Part shown: positions 1 through 9,977 of the stretch, one piece after another
Position numbering within the stretch: the first letter of the stretch is position 1
Layout of the letters: every line of letters starts with the position of its first letter
Assembly: GCA_017743535.1 (NCBI GenBank)
Contig: JAGHYT010000002.1
Location: 22,736-86,735, forward strand
Direction of reading: 5' to 3'
DNA: 64,000 nucleotides
Source of the DNA: Chloroflexus sp.
GTDB taxonomy: Bacteria; Chloroflexota; Chloroflexia; Chloroflexales; Chloroflexaceae
Made by a program: the position numbers and the translations under genes
The notes under the pieces: generated by a model
Told to the model about the DNA's origin: nothing
Databases searched by the model: none
What the model saw: the letters and a program-made list of their open reading frames with translations, nothing else

Positions 1-2658
1 ATCGGCTTCCGTTCGGCCACTGCTCTGGCTCAGTTCGAGCAAGCAGTGAGTGAAAGTCGTCATTTAGCGGGTGCAACCTTTACCCCACCAATTGCGTTAC
101 CACTCGATCCCCGTGATCCAACCACAATCGATGCGATCTTCGACTGGGCGGGAGAGAATACCGGTGGCATTCACGCAGCAATTATTCTCCCTGCTTCTAG
201 CCGTGAACCGGCTAACCAGGTGATTGAGGTTGATGATGCCCACGTCATGCAATTTCTGGCCGATGAGATTGTTGGTACGATTGTGATTGCCAGTCGCTTG
301 GCCCGTTATTGGCAATCTCAGCGTCTGACGCCGGGCGCCCGTGCCCGTAGTCCACAGGTTATCTTCCTCTCGAATGGAGCGAATGCCGGAGGGAACGTGT
401 ACGGTCGCATTCAAAGTGCGGCTATCGAGCAGTTGATTCGGGTATGGCGTCACGAGGCCGAACTCGATTATGCCCGTGTGACTGCCAATGGTGAGCGGGT
501 GTTACCGGCGGTATGGACAAATCAGATTGTGCGCTTCGATAATCGCAGCCCTGAAGGGTTAGAATTTGCCTGTGCGTGGACGGCTCAGTTACTACACAGC
601 CAACGCCGGATCAGCGAAATTACTCTCAATATTCCTGCTAACGTTAGCGCTACTACCGGTGCGCGTAGTGCGTCAGTGGGTTGGGCCGAAAGTCTGATCG
701 GCTTACACCTGGGCAAGGTTGCGCTCATCACCGGTGGTAGTGCCGGCATCGGCGGCCAGATCGGTCGGCTACTGGCGCTCAGCGGTGCACGAGTGATGCT
801 GGCAGCCCGCGACCGTCATAAACTAGAGCAGATGCAGGCGATGATTCGGGCCGAACTGGCTGAAGTGGGTTACACTGATGTCGAAGATCGGGTACACATC
901 GCACCTGGTTGCGATGTCAGTAGTGAAGAACAGCTTGTTGATCTTGTCGAACGTACCCTGGCTACGTTTGGCACCGTGGACTATCTCATTAACAACGCTG
1001 GCATCGCTGGTGTCGAAGAAATGGTTATAGACATGCCGGTAGAGGGCTGGCGGAACACACTGTACGCTAACCTGATCAGCAACTACTCGCTAATGCGTAA
1101 ACTGGCGCCCTTGATGAAGAAACAAGGTAGTGGCTATATCTTGAACGTTTCCTCCTACTTTGGCGGTGAAAAAGAGGCTGCCATTCCCTATCCCAATCGG
1201 GCTGACTATGCCGTTTCAAAGGCTGGTCAGCGGGCAATGGCCGAGGTCTTTGCCCGCTTTCTGGGGCCAGAAGTGCAGATCAACGCGATTGCGCCGGGGC
1301 CGGTTGAAGGTGATCGCTTACGCGGTACAGGTGAACGTCCTGGTCTGTTTGCCCGTCGCGCACGGCTCATTTTAGAAAACAAGCGGCTTAATGAACTGCA
1401 CGCGGCACTAATAACCACTGCCCGTACCGATGCACGTCCGATGCGTGAGCTGGTGGAACTGCTGTTACCGAACGATGTGGTCGCACTAGAGCAGAATCCC
1501 GCGACGCCGCAAGCCTTACGTGAACTGGCCAAACGTATTCGTAGCGAAGGTGATCCAGCAGCTTCTTCGAGTAGCGCACTGCTTAACCGCTCGATTGCGG
1601 CGAAGCTCCTCGCCCGCTTGATAAACGGTGGCTACGAGCTACCTGCCGATATGTTTGCGCATCTGCCTCTTCCGCCCGATCCATTCTTCACCCGTGCTCA
1701 GATCGACCGTGAGGCGCGCAAGGTGCGCGATGGTATCATGGGAATGCTCTATCTACAACGGATGCCAACCGAGTTTGATGTGGCGATGGCTACGGTTTAC
1801 TATCTCGCCGACCGCAATGTCAGCGGCGAGACCTTCCACCCCTCGGGAGGGTTGCGCTACGAACGCACTCCTACCGGCGGTGAGCTGTTTGGCATGCCTG
1901 CTCCGGAACGGCTGGCCGAGTTGGTCGGTACAACCGTGTACCTCATTGGCGAACATCTTACCGAGCATCTGAATCTCCTTGCACGGGCTTATCTCGAACG
2001 CTACGGTGCGCGCCAAGTCGTGATGATCGTAGAGACAGAAGCCGGTGCAGAGACTATGCGTCGCTTGCTCCACGATCATGTTGAGGCCGGTCGGCTTATG
2101 ACGATTGTTGCCAGCGATCAGATTGAAGCAGCGATTGATCGGGCAATTGCGCACTATGGTCGCCCTGGGCCGGTAGTCTGTACGCCTTTCCGTCCTCTGC
2201 CCACTGCACCACTGGTTGGCCGTAAAGATAGCGACTGGAGTACAGTGCTGAGTGAGGCCGAATTTGCTGACTTGTGTGAACACCAACTGACTCACCACTT
2301 CCGGGTGGCGCGCAAAATTGCCTTGTGCGACGGTGCTAGCCTGGCGCTGGTCACACCAGAAACGACTGCTACGTCGAGTACCGAACAATTTGCGTTGGCG
2401 AACTTTGTCAAAACAACTTTACATGCCTTCACCGCGACCGTCGGCGTCGAAAGTGAACGTACTGCGCAGCGTATTCTGATCAATCAGGTAGACCTGACCC
2501 GTCGCGCACGTGCTGAAGAGCCACGCGATCCGCATGAACGCCAACAAGAACTCGAACGCTTCATCGAAGCGGTACTGTTGGTGACCGCGCCACTTCCACC
2601 CGAATCAGATACGCGCTACGCTGGCCGAATCCATCGTGGGAGAGCGATAACAGTGTAA
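1..2658 (+). CDS. mcr: Bifunctional malonyl-CoA reductase (3-hydroxypropionate bi-cycle), 5'-truncated by window edge
   Basis: Frame is open from base 1 (IGFRSATALAQFEQAVSESR...). SDR motifs TGGSAGIG, NNAG and YAVSK are present. The sequence, including the C-terminus RYAGRIHRGRAITV, is recognisably Chloroflexus Mcr. Confidence 0.97.
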   Translation: MGFRSATALAQFEQAVSESRHLAGATFTPPIALPLDPRDPTTIDAIFDWAGENTGGIHAAIILPASSREPANQVIEVDDAHVMQFLADEIVGTIVIASRLARYWQSQRLTPGARARSPQVIFLSNGANAGGNVYGRIQSAAIEQLIRVWRHEAELDYARVTANGERVLPAVWTNQIVRFDNRSPEGLEFACAWTAQLLHSQRRISEITLNIPANVSATTGARSASVGWAESLIGLHLGKVALITGGSAGIGGQIGRLLALSGARVMLAARDRHKLEQMQAMIRAELAEVGYTDVEDRVHIAPGCDVSSEEQLVDLVERTLATFGTVDYLINNAGIAGVEEMVIDMPVEGWRNTLYANLISNYSLMRKLAPLMKKQGSGYILNVSSYFGGEKEAAIPYPNRADYAVSKAGQRAMAEVFARFLGPEVQINAIAPGPVEGDRLRGTGERPGLFARRARLILENKRLNELHAALITTARTDARPMRELVELLLPNDVVALEQNPATPQALRELAKRIRSEGDPAASSSSALLNRSIAAKLLARLINGGYELPADMFAHLPLPPDPFFTRAQIDREARKVRDGIMGMLYLQRMPTEFDVAMATVYYLADRNVSGETFHPSGGLRYERTPTGGELFGMPAPERLAELVGTTVYLIGEHLTEHLNLLARAYLERYGARQVVMIVETEAGAETMRRLLHDHVEAGRLMTIVASDQIEAAIDRAIAHYGRPGPVVCTPFRPLPTAPLVGRKDSDWSTVLSEAEFADLCEHQLTHHFRVARKIALCDGASLALVTPETTATSSTEQFALANFVKTTLHAFTATVGVESERTAQRILINQVDLTRRARAEEPRDPHERQQELERFIEAVLLVTAPLPPESDTRYAGRIHRGRAITV

Positions 2659-2727
2659 GATACGTGCAAATTGTTCTTGTGTATGCCTGAAAAATCCCTT
2701 GCCGACGCCTGCTAACTCGCCCCTGTC

Positions 2728-2884
2728 CTCTCTCACTAGGTGAGAGGACGGGGGAAATGGAGGTGGCTGACACTTCTCTCACCTAGGAGAGAGGACGGAA
2801 AAAATGGAGGCGAGGCTGACACGCCTCACTTTCTCCCTGTCCTCCTTCCTCTCTCAGCAGATGAGAGAACGGAAAAATGGGGGG
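2728..2884. repeat. Three imperfect tandem copies of a palindromic REP-like unit (CTCTCTCAC-N-GAGAGGACGG-R-AATGG)
   Basis: Copies at about 2728-2763, 2775-2810 and 2849-2884, each with a CTCTC/GAGAG hairpin. Confidence 0.75.
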
Positions 2885-2979
2885 TGGGTTAGTACCTACC
2901 CCTTCCTCTCACTCCTCTTTCCTATTTCTTATCTCTTCACCTCGCCACTGTTGACTAGGAAAAAACTCTGAAGGCCTGC

Positions 2980-3230
2980 CGTGAGGGGGGCCAACGTTCT
3001 TTCTCTCCAGTCCCCACGTTCCCCCTTCCTCTCCCCGTGTGGGAGAGGAAGGGGGCCAGGGGGAAGGTGAGGGGAGCCAGGCGTGCTCGGCAGTACAGGC
3101 GCTGACATCGTTGCAACTCTGTTCCAGTGTGTCGCGGAGACGCATACGTTGCCAGCCAACGTTCCCCTGACGATTATGGAGATGCCATAATCGAGCCTCA
3201 TCAAAAGTCTAAGTTTTTTGATCATGCTCT
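2980..3230. repeat. Dispersed MITE/REP-like element, copy 1
   Basis: 3005-3150 aligns by eye to the reverse complement of 62134-62284. 2980-3075 resembles 28580-28670. Ends in the mini-palindrome GAGCCTCATCAAAA..TTTTTTGATCATGCTCT (3193-3230). Confidence 0.75.
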
Positions 3231-3297
3231 AAGTAAGACATCAAGCCCCCCTAGACAAACATCAGCTCTTTCTGTAAACTAAAACATAGGAGGTTCT

Positions 3298-4002
3298 ATG
3301 CACGTCTCACGCGAGCCGATCCTGGTCATTGCTGCACATGCCGACGATATTGAGTTTGCCGCTGCTGGAACGATTGCCGGCTGGGCAGCGGAAGGCTATC
3401 CCATCACGTACTGCATCATCACTGATGGGTCGGCTGGCTCGAACGAACCAGGGACACTTGCGGCAGACTTGATCAAGCGTCGCCAGGACGAACAACGTGC
3501 AGCAGCGCACGTCCTTGGGGTGCAGGATGTGCGCTTCCTTGGTTACCGTGATGGTATCCTCCAGCCAACACTCGAGCTACGACGCGAACTAACCCGCCTT
3601 ATTCGCGCTGTCCGCCCCTTCCGTGTCCTTTGTCAGGACCCAACGCTTGTCTTTGCCGGCAGCACCTACATCAACCATCCCGATCACCGTGCCGCTGGTG
3701 AAGCTGCGATCTACGCTGTTTTCCCGAGCGCTGAAACGCGCCCGATCTTCCCGGAATTGTTGGCCGAAGGGTATGAACCGCACAAAGTGCGCGAACTCTA
3801 TTTGATGTTCCCGGCTGCCCCTGATCTCTACCTCGACATTAGCGATCGGATTGAGCAGAAGATCGAAAGTCTGCTCTGTCATCGTTCACAGCTTGGCCCC
3901 GACGTTGCTGATTGGGTGCGTAAGTGGGACGCCGAGAACGGCGCACAGATTGGCGTTGCTTACGCCGAAGTATTCCGGGTTATTCGCCTCGTCGATAATT
4001 AA
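3298..4002 (+). CDS. PIG-L/LmbE family deacetylase
   Basis: AHADD motif, HPDH motif, RxxEQ; RBS AGGAGG upstream. Confidence 0.9.
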   Translation: MHVSREPILVIAAHADDIEFAAAGTIAGWAAEGYPITYCIITDGSAGSNEPGTLAADLIKRRQDEQRAAAHVLGVQDVRFLGYRDGILQPTLELRRELTRLIRAVRPFRVLCQDPTLVFAGSTYINHPDHRAAGEAAIYAVFPSAETRPIFPELLAEGYEPHKVRELYLMFPAAPDLYLDISDRIEQKIESLLCHRSQLGPDVADWVRKWDAENGAQIGVAYAEVFRVIRLVDN

Positions 4003-4336
4003 CCTCGCGACACCAGATTTACCTTTCACGAGCAGCAAACCGCTGTTCGCAGACGGTTTGGTGTACGCGCCGGTTTGTATTTGTTATTGCCGAAATATCG
4101 GCTAGAAAGGAACAACATTGGCAGATTGATTGGCATGAGGTGCGTGCGTGTCAGGGCCGCCCGCATCTCGGTCACACCGGTTTATCCAGACCGGTGTGTT
4201 GCCCTGTTCGTCGTGTCCGCGCCAGCGTCGGGGTATGTGCCCACGATGTGGTCTCCTTTCATGAACCTGCTGCGGTGTGGCAGCCGCGCATACTGCGCGT
4301 CAGAGATCACGGTTGCGGACGTAGCCAGGAGTTTAT

Positions 4337-5785
4337 ATGAGTACCATCACAAACAATCGACATCAGGCCCTCAGCGATAACGTTTGGCTGCACTTTTTCC
4401 AAATGGGCCACTTCTCCAGTACCAACGCGCGGCCCACGATTCTGGTGCGAGGTGAAGGGTCGCGCGTATGGGATCAAGACGGTAACGAGTACATTGACGG
4501 TCTCTCTGGTTTATTCACGGTAAATGTCGGTTATGGTCGTCGCGAAATCATCGAGGCGATCAGTGCGCAACTGAGCGATATCGCTTACGTCAGTCCTTTT
4601 AGCTTCCCCAGTCTTCCGCTCATTGATCTGTCTGCCCGTCTGGCAGCGATCAGCCCTACCGGCCCACGGTCACGAGTGTTCCTGACGACCGGCGGTTCCG
4701 ATGCCGTCGAGACGGCGCTGAAAATAGCGAAGGTGTACCAGCGTCGCCGTGGCTTCGCCGACCGGACGAAGATTATTGCCCGCCGTGTCAGTTATCACGG
4801 TACCTCGATGGGTGCCCTCTCGGTTAATGGTGTGACCTCGATCCGCAACGGTTTTGGTCCGCTCGTGCCCGGTGCACGCCATGTCCCGCTACCGTATCGC
4901 TTCCGCTGCGACTATTGTGCGGAACATAGTGCTTGCCAGGGTGTTTGCGTTGATGAGGTGGAACGCCTAATCGAGTTTGAAGGTCCCGAAACAATTGCCG
5001 CTATTATTATGGAACCGGTCCAAAACAGTGGTGGTGCAATTGTTTCACCTCCGGGCTACCTGCAACGTATTCGCCAGATCTGTGATCACTACGGTATCGT
5101 GATGATCATTGACGAGGTGATCTGCGGCTTTGGCCGGGTCGGTGACTGGTTTGGTTCGACTGCGATGGGTGTAAGCCCCGACATCATCACCTGCGCAAAA
5201 GGGATTACCAGTGGTTATGCGCCACTCGGAGCGGCTATTGTACGCAATACGATTGCCGATGTTTTCGTTTCTGAAAACGATGCCGATAAGTTCATGCATG
5301 GCATCACCTTTGGCGGACACGTTGCTAGTTGTGCAGCGGCGTTAGCCAATCTGGCGATTATCGAGCGAGAACATCTGCTTGAGCGTGCACGTGAGATGGG
5401 GGCTTACTTGATGCGCGAGTTGATCGCTGCCGTTGGTAATCATCCCAATGTCGGTGAGGTGCGTGGGATGGGGATGTTTATGGCGGTTGAGCTGGTTCGC
5501 GACCGGGTCACACGCGAGTCGTTGGAGGAAGAGCGTTTAATGGGCTGGTTGAGCGATCAGTTGAAGCAGCGCGGCCTGATCTGTCGAGCGGATGATCGGC
5601 TTGAACCGGTGATCCAGCTAGCCCCGCCATTGATCCTTACCAAAGATGAGGCTGATCGTTGCGTAAAGATCGTAGCGGAAGCCATCCATGCCCTTGGCCG
5701 ACGAGTAGGTAGCACGCCAACAGTGATCGCTCTTGGCGCTGCTCCTCTTCCTCTGGAAAAGACTACTGCGGCGGCGGCTGATTAA
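4337..5785 (+). CDS. Class III PLP-dependent aminotransferase (omega-amino acid/beta-alanine:pyruvate type)
   Basis: SYHGTSMG, DEVICGFGR and PDIITCAKGITSG (PLP lysine) motifs; RBS CAGGAG. Confidence 0.88.
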   Translation: MSTITNNRHQALSDNVWLHFFQMGHFSSTNARPTILVRGEGSRVWDQDGNEYIDGLSGLFTVNVGYGRREIIEAISAQLSDIAYVSPFSFPSLPLIDLSARLAAISPTGPRSRVFLTTGGSDAVETALKIAKVYQRRRGFADRTKIIARRVSYHGTSMGALSVNGVTSIRNGFGPLVPGARHVPLPYRFRCDYCAEHSACQGVCVDEVERLIEFEGPETIAAIIMEPVQNSGGAIVSPPGYLQRIRQICDHYGIVMIIDEVICGFGRVGDWFGSTAMGVSPDIITCAKGITSGYAPLGAAIVRNTIADVFVSENDADKFMHGITFGGHVASCAAALANLAIIEREHLLERAREMGAYLMRELIAAVGNHPNVGEVRGMGMFMAVELVRDRVTRESLEEERLMGWLSDQLKQRGLICRADDRLEPVIQLAPPLILTKDEADRCVKIVAEAIHALGRRVGSTPTVIALGAAPLPLEKTTAAAAD

Positions 5786-5818
5786 CTACCGGGAAAGCTA
5801 TTGAACAGTTAGCCCGAA

Positions 5819-5858
5819 GGATCCCCTTCCTTTCGCGAAATGGGGGGGAAGGGGGATT
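5819..5858. repeat. GC-rich palindrome (REP-like, possible terminator) after the aminotransferase
   Basis: ATCCCCTTCC...GGAAGGGGATT inverted repeat. Confidence 0.55.
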
Positions 5859-6030
5859 ATTAAATCCGCCGGCAGTCAGCGTGTCCAGGGTACACTATCT
5901 CGTGTACCTTATTTGCCGCGTGGATGTGGGCCAGTTGCTCTCCAGCCCCCCGCTTGCGGGGGAGCGGGAGACCTAGGGATGATGAGGCGCTGATGTGCTC
6001 CTCGGTGGGTGCTTGTCGTCCACCATACCT

Positions 6031-6210
6031 GCGGGCTAGAGGCCCGCGCACCCAGGTGACTTTGGGGTGGTATCACACACCTGCGCATCGGCGCAGGTGT
6101 CTGACGCGGGCCAGAGGCCTGCGCACGCAGGTGACTTTGGGGTGGTATCACCCACCTGCGCATCGGCGCAGGTGTCTGACGCGGGCCAGAGGCCCGCGCA
6201 CGCAGGTGAC
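6031..6210. repeat. 75-bp tandem repeat (2.4 copies) made of two hairpins
   Basis: Units start at 6031, 6106 and 6181. Each has GCGGGCYAGAGGCCYGC, and the two full units also have CACCTGCGC-ATCG-GCGCAGGTG. Confidence 0.9.
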
Positions 6211-6327
6211 TGCGTGGGTCAGAAGTTATCGGTAGCAGGATAGGATCGTTATCGGTATTCCGCTGCTGGTGCCTCGGTGACTCGCAGCAGAGAATGCTGA
6301 AACCCTTCTCTGATCCACGGTTTTGCT

Positions 6328-7599
6328 TCACACCGAAGCTGCTTCACTACGGTATTCGCGCCAGAGACGTCGTAATTCGGTGGCTGGATCACGCCAATAG
6401 CGCTCTGGATCAATCGGTAACGTAGGTAACGTCTTTGTCGTCGGCAACCGGTTGATAACTTCGCGCAAGGCATCCCAGGCGGCCTTCGGGCGTCCGTTTG
6501 CCGTCCATAACCCCCAGGTTCGCGCTACCCAACTACGGTCGAAGGGAGGTACGTTCCAATGTTGTTCAGATGGGTCAACCAGGCTGGCCAGCCAGACGGC
6601 GGCTGCTCCGGCGCGGGCCAGATTGACGAGCGACTCTTGCAAGGCGGTGGCAGCCGCCTCTTCGTCGGCAAGAAAGGTCTGGGTCGATTGAGCGAATATC
6701 TGATCAGCTTGCCAGCCGATCAGGTTACTGACCGGCGCTGTCGGCCATCCCAGGTCGGCAACGACTACCTGAGCCGCAGCAGAGTCGTTAATTTCTTCAG
6801 CTAGTAGACCGGCGACAATCGCATGGCAGAAACAGGCAGCCTCGCCGCGAGCTGGTGGTCCACCACTGAGGGGGGGCCATGGTCCGACACTGACAACTAC
6901 CGTGCCACCAGCCATAGCGATGTCGTAAGGACGCAGGCTGGCGCGATTACTCAGAGTGGTGGCATCAACATATCCAAAGAGCTGGTTGGCGCCATTTGCA
7001 CGGGCTTGTTCGGCCAAATCGGCCCACCAGGCTGCCATGTCGCGATGATCGGTTGGTGTGCGCACGCGCTCGAAACCGGCGGCTAGGAGCCAACCGGCGA
7101 TGACAGGATGATCGGCAAAATTGCCAACGACCTCCCGTAACAGGTATCGTTGTGCTGACCGCATGTCAGGGTCGGTATAGAGATCACGTACCGGTTCGTG
7201 ACGGTAAAACGAATTGTCAAGAATCGTCAACGGTGGTACGGTCAGCAAGGCCTGTACCGACTGAGTAGTCAAGGCCTGGGGTGGAATACCGAGCGCCCAA
7301 TCAGGCAAATGCAGGGTCGGCCCCAGCGTTGCACTCATAAGAGAGACAACCACCTGTAGATGATTAGATTGGGCCAGATCAAGCCCACGCTGAAAGCCAT
7401 TGAGGGCGGCAACCGAAATCCGTTGGGGACCTGGTTGTACTTCAGCCCAGCGCAGTTCAAACCGTACCTGTTGGATTCCAACATCGCGAGCACGCTGTAA
7501 AAACTCGCGTAGGGCGCCGTGGTCGAAGCTCGACCAGCTTGCGGCCAGCGCTTGTGGACGCGCCGGCATTGGTGGCCAGATGGTTGTTCCGATGTTCAT
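6328..7599 (-). CDS. Glycoside hydrolase clan GH-A-like TIM-barrel protein (GH5/GH42-like)
   Basis: VRFELRWAEVQP, HPVIAGW and a C-terminal WGLWTANGRPKAAW pattern typical of clan A enzymes. Confidence 0.65.
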   Translation of the reverse strand: MNIGTTIWPPMPARPQALAASWSSFDHGALREFLQRARDVGIQQVRFELRWAEVQPGPQRISVAALNGFQRGLDLAQSNHLQVVVSLMSATLGPTLHLPDWALGIPPQALTTQSVQALLTVPPLTILDNSFYRHEPVRDLYTDPDMRSAQRYLLREVVGNFADHPVIAGWLLAAGFERVRTPTDHRDMAAWWADLAEQARANGANQLFGYVDATTLSNRASLRPYDIAMAGGTVVVSVGPWPPLSGGPPARGEAACFCHAIVAGLLAEEINDSAAAQVVVADLGWPTAPVSNLIGWQADQIFAQSTQTFLADEEAAATALQESLVNLARAGAAAVWLASLVDPSEQHWNVPPFDRSWVARTWGLWTANGRPKAAWDALREVINRLPTTKTLPTLPIDPERYWRDPATELRRLWREYRSEAASV

Positions 7600-7807
7600 A
7601 GGCGTTTGCGAATGTCTTGTCCCATCTCCAACCCGGCATTGCGACCATGGCTCGTCATGAGCAGATTATTTCACGCAATCAGGTAACGTATCATCTGATA
7701 TGATGGTGCTAACATCGTCTTTTGCTGCCGGTTTATCGACAACAGGTATATATTCCATTATAGTATAACGTCTGCTACAGCATGGCGATAGGGGAATAGT
7801 AGTTGGA

Positions 7808-8839
7808 ATGTCTCAGCGCATTGAAATTGTCGTACCTGCTGGGCTTGAAGCAATAGCCCGTACAGAAATGCAGCGGATTACCGGATTACGGCTCGATCCG
7901 GTTTTTGAGGACGGAGTTATTCGTGCCACAATACACAGTTCGTTACAGGCACTTTTTCAGCTACGGTGCGTCACATCGATTTATGTAGTACGTCGCTTCG
8001 CAATCCCCCGCCCACGCGCACTGCTTGGTGACGAGCACTTGCGAGCTGTCTTAGCTACCATCGAGATGGTGCGTCGGCTGCATCCTGCTGGTACCTTTCG
8101 GACTCTGTTTCTCAGTGCAGCCGGTGCTGAGAGTAGTGTGTTACAGCGTTTTAAACAGGAACTCTGTACCCGGCTTGGCCTTGTGCCTGGTGAGGAAGAT
8201 GGGGATTTGCTGATCCGGTTACGGCCAGCGCCTGATCGCGATGGATGGGAGGTATTAGTTCGCCTCACACCCAGGCCATTGGCGACCCGCCAGTGGCGCG
8301 TGTGCAACCGCGAAGGAGCGCTCAGTGGACCGGTTGCTTATGCAATGGCGGTGTTAAGTAAGCCGCGAGATAACGATCGGGTTCTCAATGTAGGATGCGG
8401 ATCAGGATCGCTGATGATCGAGCGGTTATTTGCCGGATCGGCAGCTCGGGTTATCGGTTGCGATACCGATTCAGAAGCGCTAGCCTGTGCACGGCGGAAT
8501 CTTGCTGCTGCTGGTTTCAGCAATCGGGTCGAACTGTACGATTGGGATGCGTGCCATCTGCCGTTACCGTCAGGGAGTATCGATGTGGTGCTGGCTGATC
8601 TCCCATTTGGTCATTTGGTTGGCTCGCATACGGTCAATCTGACGCTCTACCCGGCACTACTAGCAGAAGCAGCTCGCGTGACCCGTCCTGGTGGTCGGGC
8701 GGTGCTGATCAGTCACGAAGTACGATTGATGGAACGTTCGTTAGCCGAACTACCAGTGTGGTGCATCGAACAGCAATTGCGCGTTAATCTCCGCGGGCTT
8801 CACCCGCGCATCTTTGTGTTACGGCGCAGCTCATTGTAA
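7808..8839 (+). CDS. THUMP-associated class I SAM-dependent RNA methyltransferase (Trm14/RlmL-like)
   Basis: LNVGCGSGS motif I and ADLPFG motif IV; N-terminal THUMP-like region. Confidence 0.75.
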   Translation: MSQRIEIVVPAGLEAIARTEMQRITGLRLDPVFEDGVIRATIHSSLQALFQLRCVTSIYVVRRFAIPRPRALLGDEHLRAVLATIEMVRRLHPAGTFRTLFLSAAGAESSVLQRFKQELCTRLGLVPGEEDGDLLIRLRPAPDRDGWEVLVRLTPRPLATRQWRVCNREGALSGPVAYAMAVLSKPRDNDRVLNVGCGSGSLMIERLFAGSAARVIGCDTDSEALACARRNLAAAGFSNRVELYDWDACHLPLPSGSIDVVLADLPFGHLVGSHTVNLTLYPALLAEAARVTRPGGRAVLISHEVRLMERSLAELPVWCIEQQLRVNLRGLHPRIFVLRRSSL

Positions 8840-8847
8840 GCTGGTCT

Positions 8848-9945
8848 CTACCCTTCGCCACTGCCCCCTGTCTCGATCTGGGCAGCACGCACAACTTCTA
8901 GCCGTTGACGTAGCATATCTAATTGAGCACCGAGTGTATCAATCTCGCGCCGTTCGAGCGCCATAATGCGTAAGAGATGAGCTTTCTGTTCTAACTCGAT
9001 CCGATCGGTGGTACGTGACAGGCGTTGCTCGAGTTCGCGCAACCAGCTATCTACGCGCTCAAGCCAGGAGGTGAGTTGCCGCAGGTATTGCTCGTCGGTC
9101 TCTTGTAAGGCGCTCATACGTTCGTCGGCCATCTGGCGCAACTCTTCGAGGCGCTCCTGATTCATCAGAAAACGCTCGGTCGAGAGTCGTTCAATCCGCT
9201 TGATCTCGGCATTGATGTCAGGAAGTTTGGCGGCTAACTCTTTTATTTGCGCCGGTAACATTTCAGCAAACAGATCAATCTGCTGTCGAATCTCTTCCAG
9301 ACGATCAACACGAGTGCGTAGCTCGTCAATTGGTGGGCGCAGGTCTGTAAGTAATTGCTGTGATTCGACGGCGAGGCGGCGCAAATGTTGTTTTTCAATC
9401 TGCAAGTCTTCGCTAACGCGCCGTACTTCTTGCATAACCGCAGCGTCAGCTTCGCGCAATCGTTCGAGTTGGAGGGCTAATTGTCGCTGCCGCTCATCAA
9501 GCTCTTTGATCTGTGACGCGAGTGCAGCAACTTGCCGTTCCACTTGCTCGATACGGTTGATCCAGCCCGCCAGGAAATCGCGGTCTTGTTTGCGCGCTTC
9601 GGCAATCTGTTGTATCTGAGCTTGCATATCACGGATTGGACGCAAGCCATCTTCGATTTTAACGAGGGCAGCGGCAACCTCGCGGCGTAGTGCGATGACA
9701 TCACGGCGCACGATTTCATTGGCCTGCGCAACGTCGCCAGTGTGTCGATCAAAGAGGCTCTGTATTTGTGCAATCGCCCCTTCGTTTTTGCGTACCTGTT
9801 CCATCGCCCATTGATACTTGTTGGTCTGGTCTTTCAACAGGCGGCGAAGCTCGTCAATCTGGCCTTGCAGGTAGACGAGTTGCGATTGTTCCTGCGCTCT
9901 CAGCCGCTCTTCTTCGTAGCGTGCGGTCAGGTCTGGATTTGACAT
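8848..9945 (-). CDS. Hypothetical long coiled-coil protein
   Basis: 365 aa rich in E/Q/R/L with heptad character throughout; RBS AGGAGAG upstream. Confidence 0.8.
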   Translation of the reverse strand: MSNPDLTARYEEERLRAQEQSQLVYLQGQIDELRRLLKDQTNKYQWAMEQVRKNEGAIAQIQSLFDRHTGDVAQANEIVRRDVIALRREVAAALVKIEDGLRPIRDMQAQIQQIAEARKQDRDFLAGWINRIEQVERQVAALASQIKELDERQRQLALQLERLREADAAVMQEVRRVSEDLQIEKQHLRRLAVESQQLLTDLRPPIDELRTRVDRLEEIRQQIDLFAEMLPAQIKELAAKLPDINAEIKRIERLSTERFLMNQERLEELRQMADERMSALQETDEQYLRQLTSWLERVDSWLRELEQRLSRTTDRIELEQKAHLLRIMALERREIDTLGAQLDMLRQRLEVVRAAQIETGGSGEG

Positions 9946-9977
9946 ACTCTCTCCTGATTGGTATGGGTTTAGTATTT

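Noticed and set aside
2909-3225. ORFs with PSPWPPSSPTRGEEGG-type peptides (also 5909-6331, 28406-28687, 40302-40553, 62179-62400)
   Set aside because: These are translations of the dispersed palindromic repeats, not genes.
4003-4340. Riboswitch or Cys-rich uORF (4140-4340) upstream of the aminotransferase
   Set aside because: TTATCCAGA resembles the start of SAM-I, but the rest of the consensus is absent. The ORF lacks a convincing RBS or family motif.
6031-6210. Mini-CRISPR array (30-bp repeat + 45-bp spacer)
   Set aside because: The putative spacers are nearly identical to each other and palindromic, and no cas genes are present. It is a tandem repeat.
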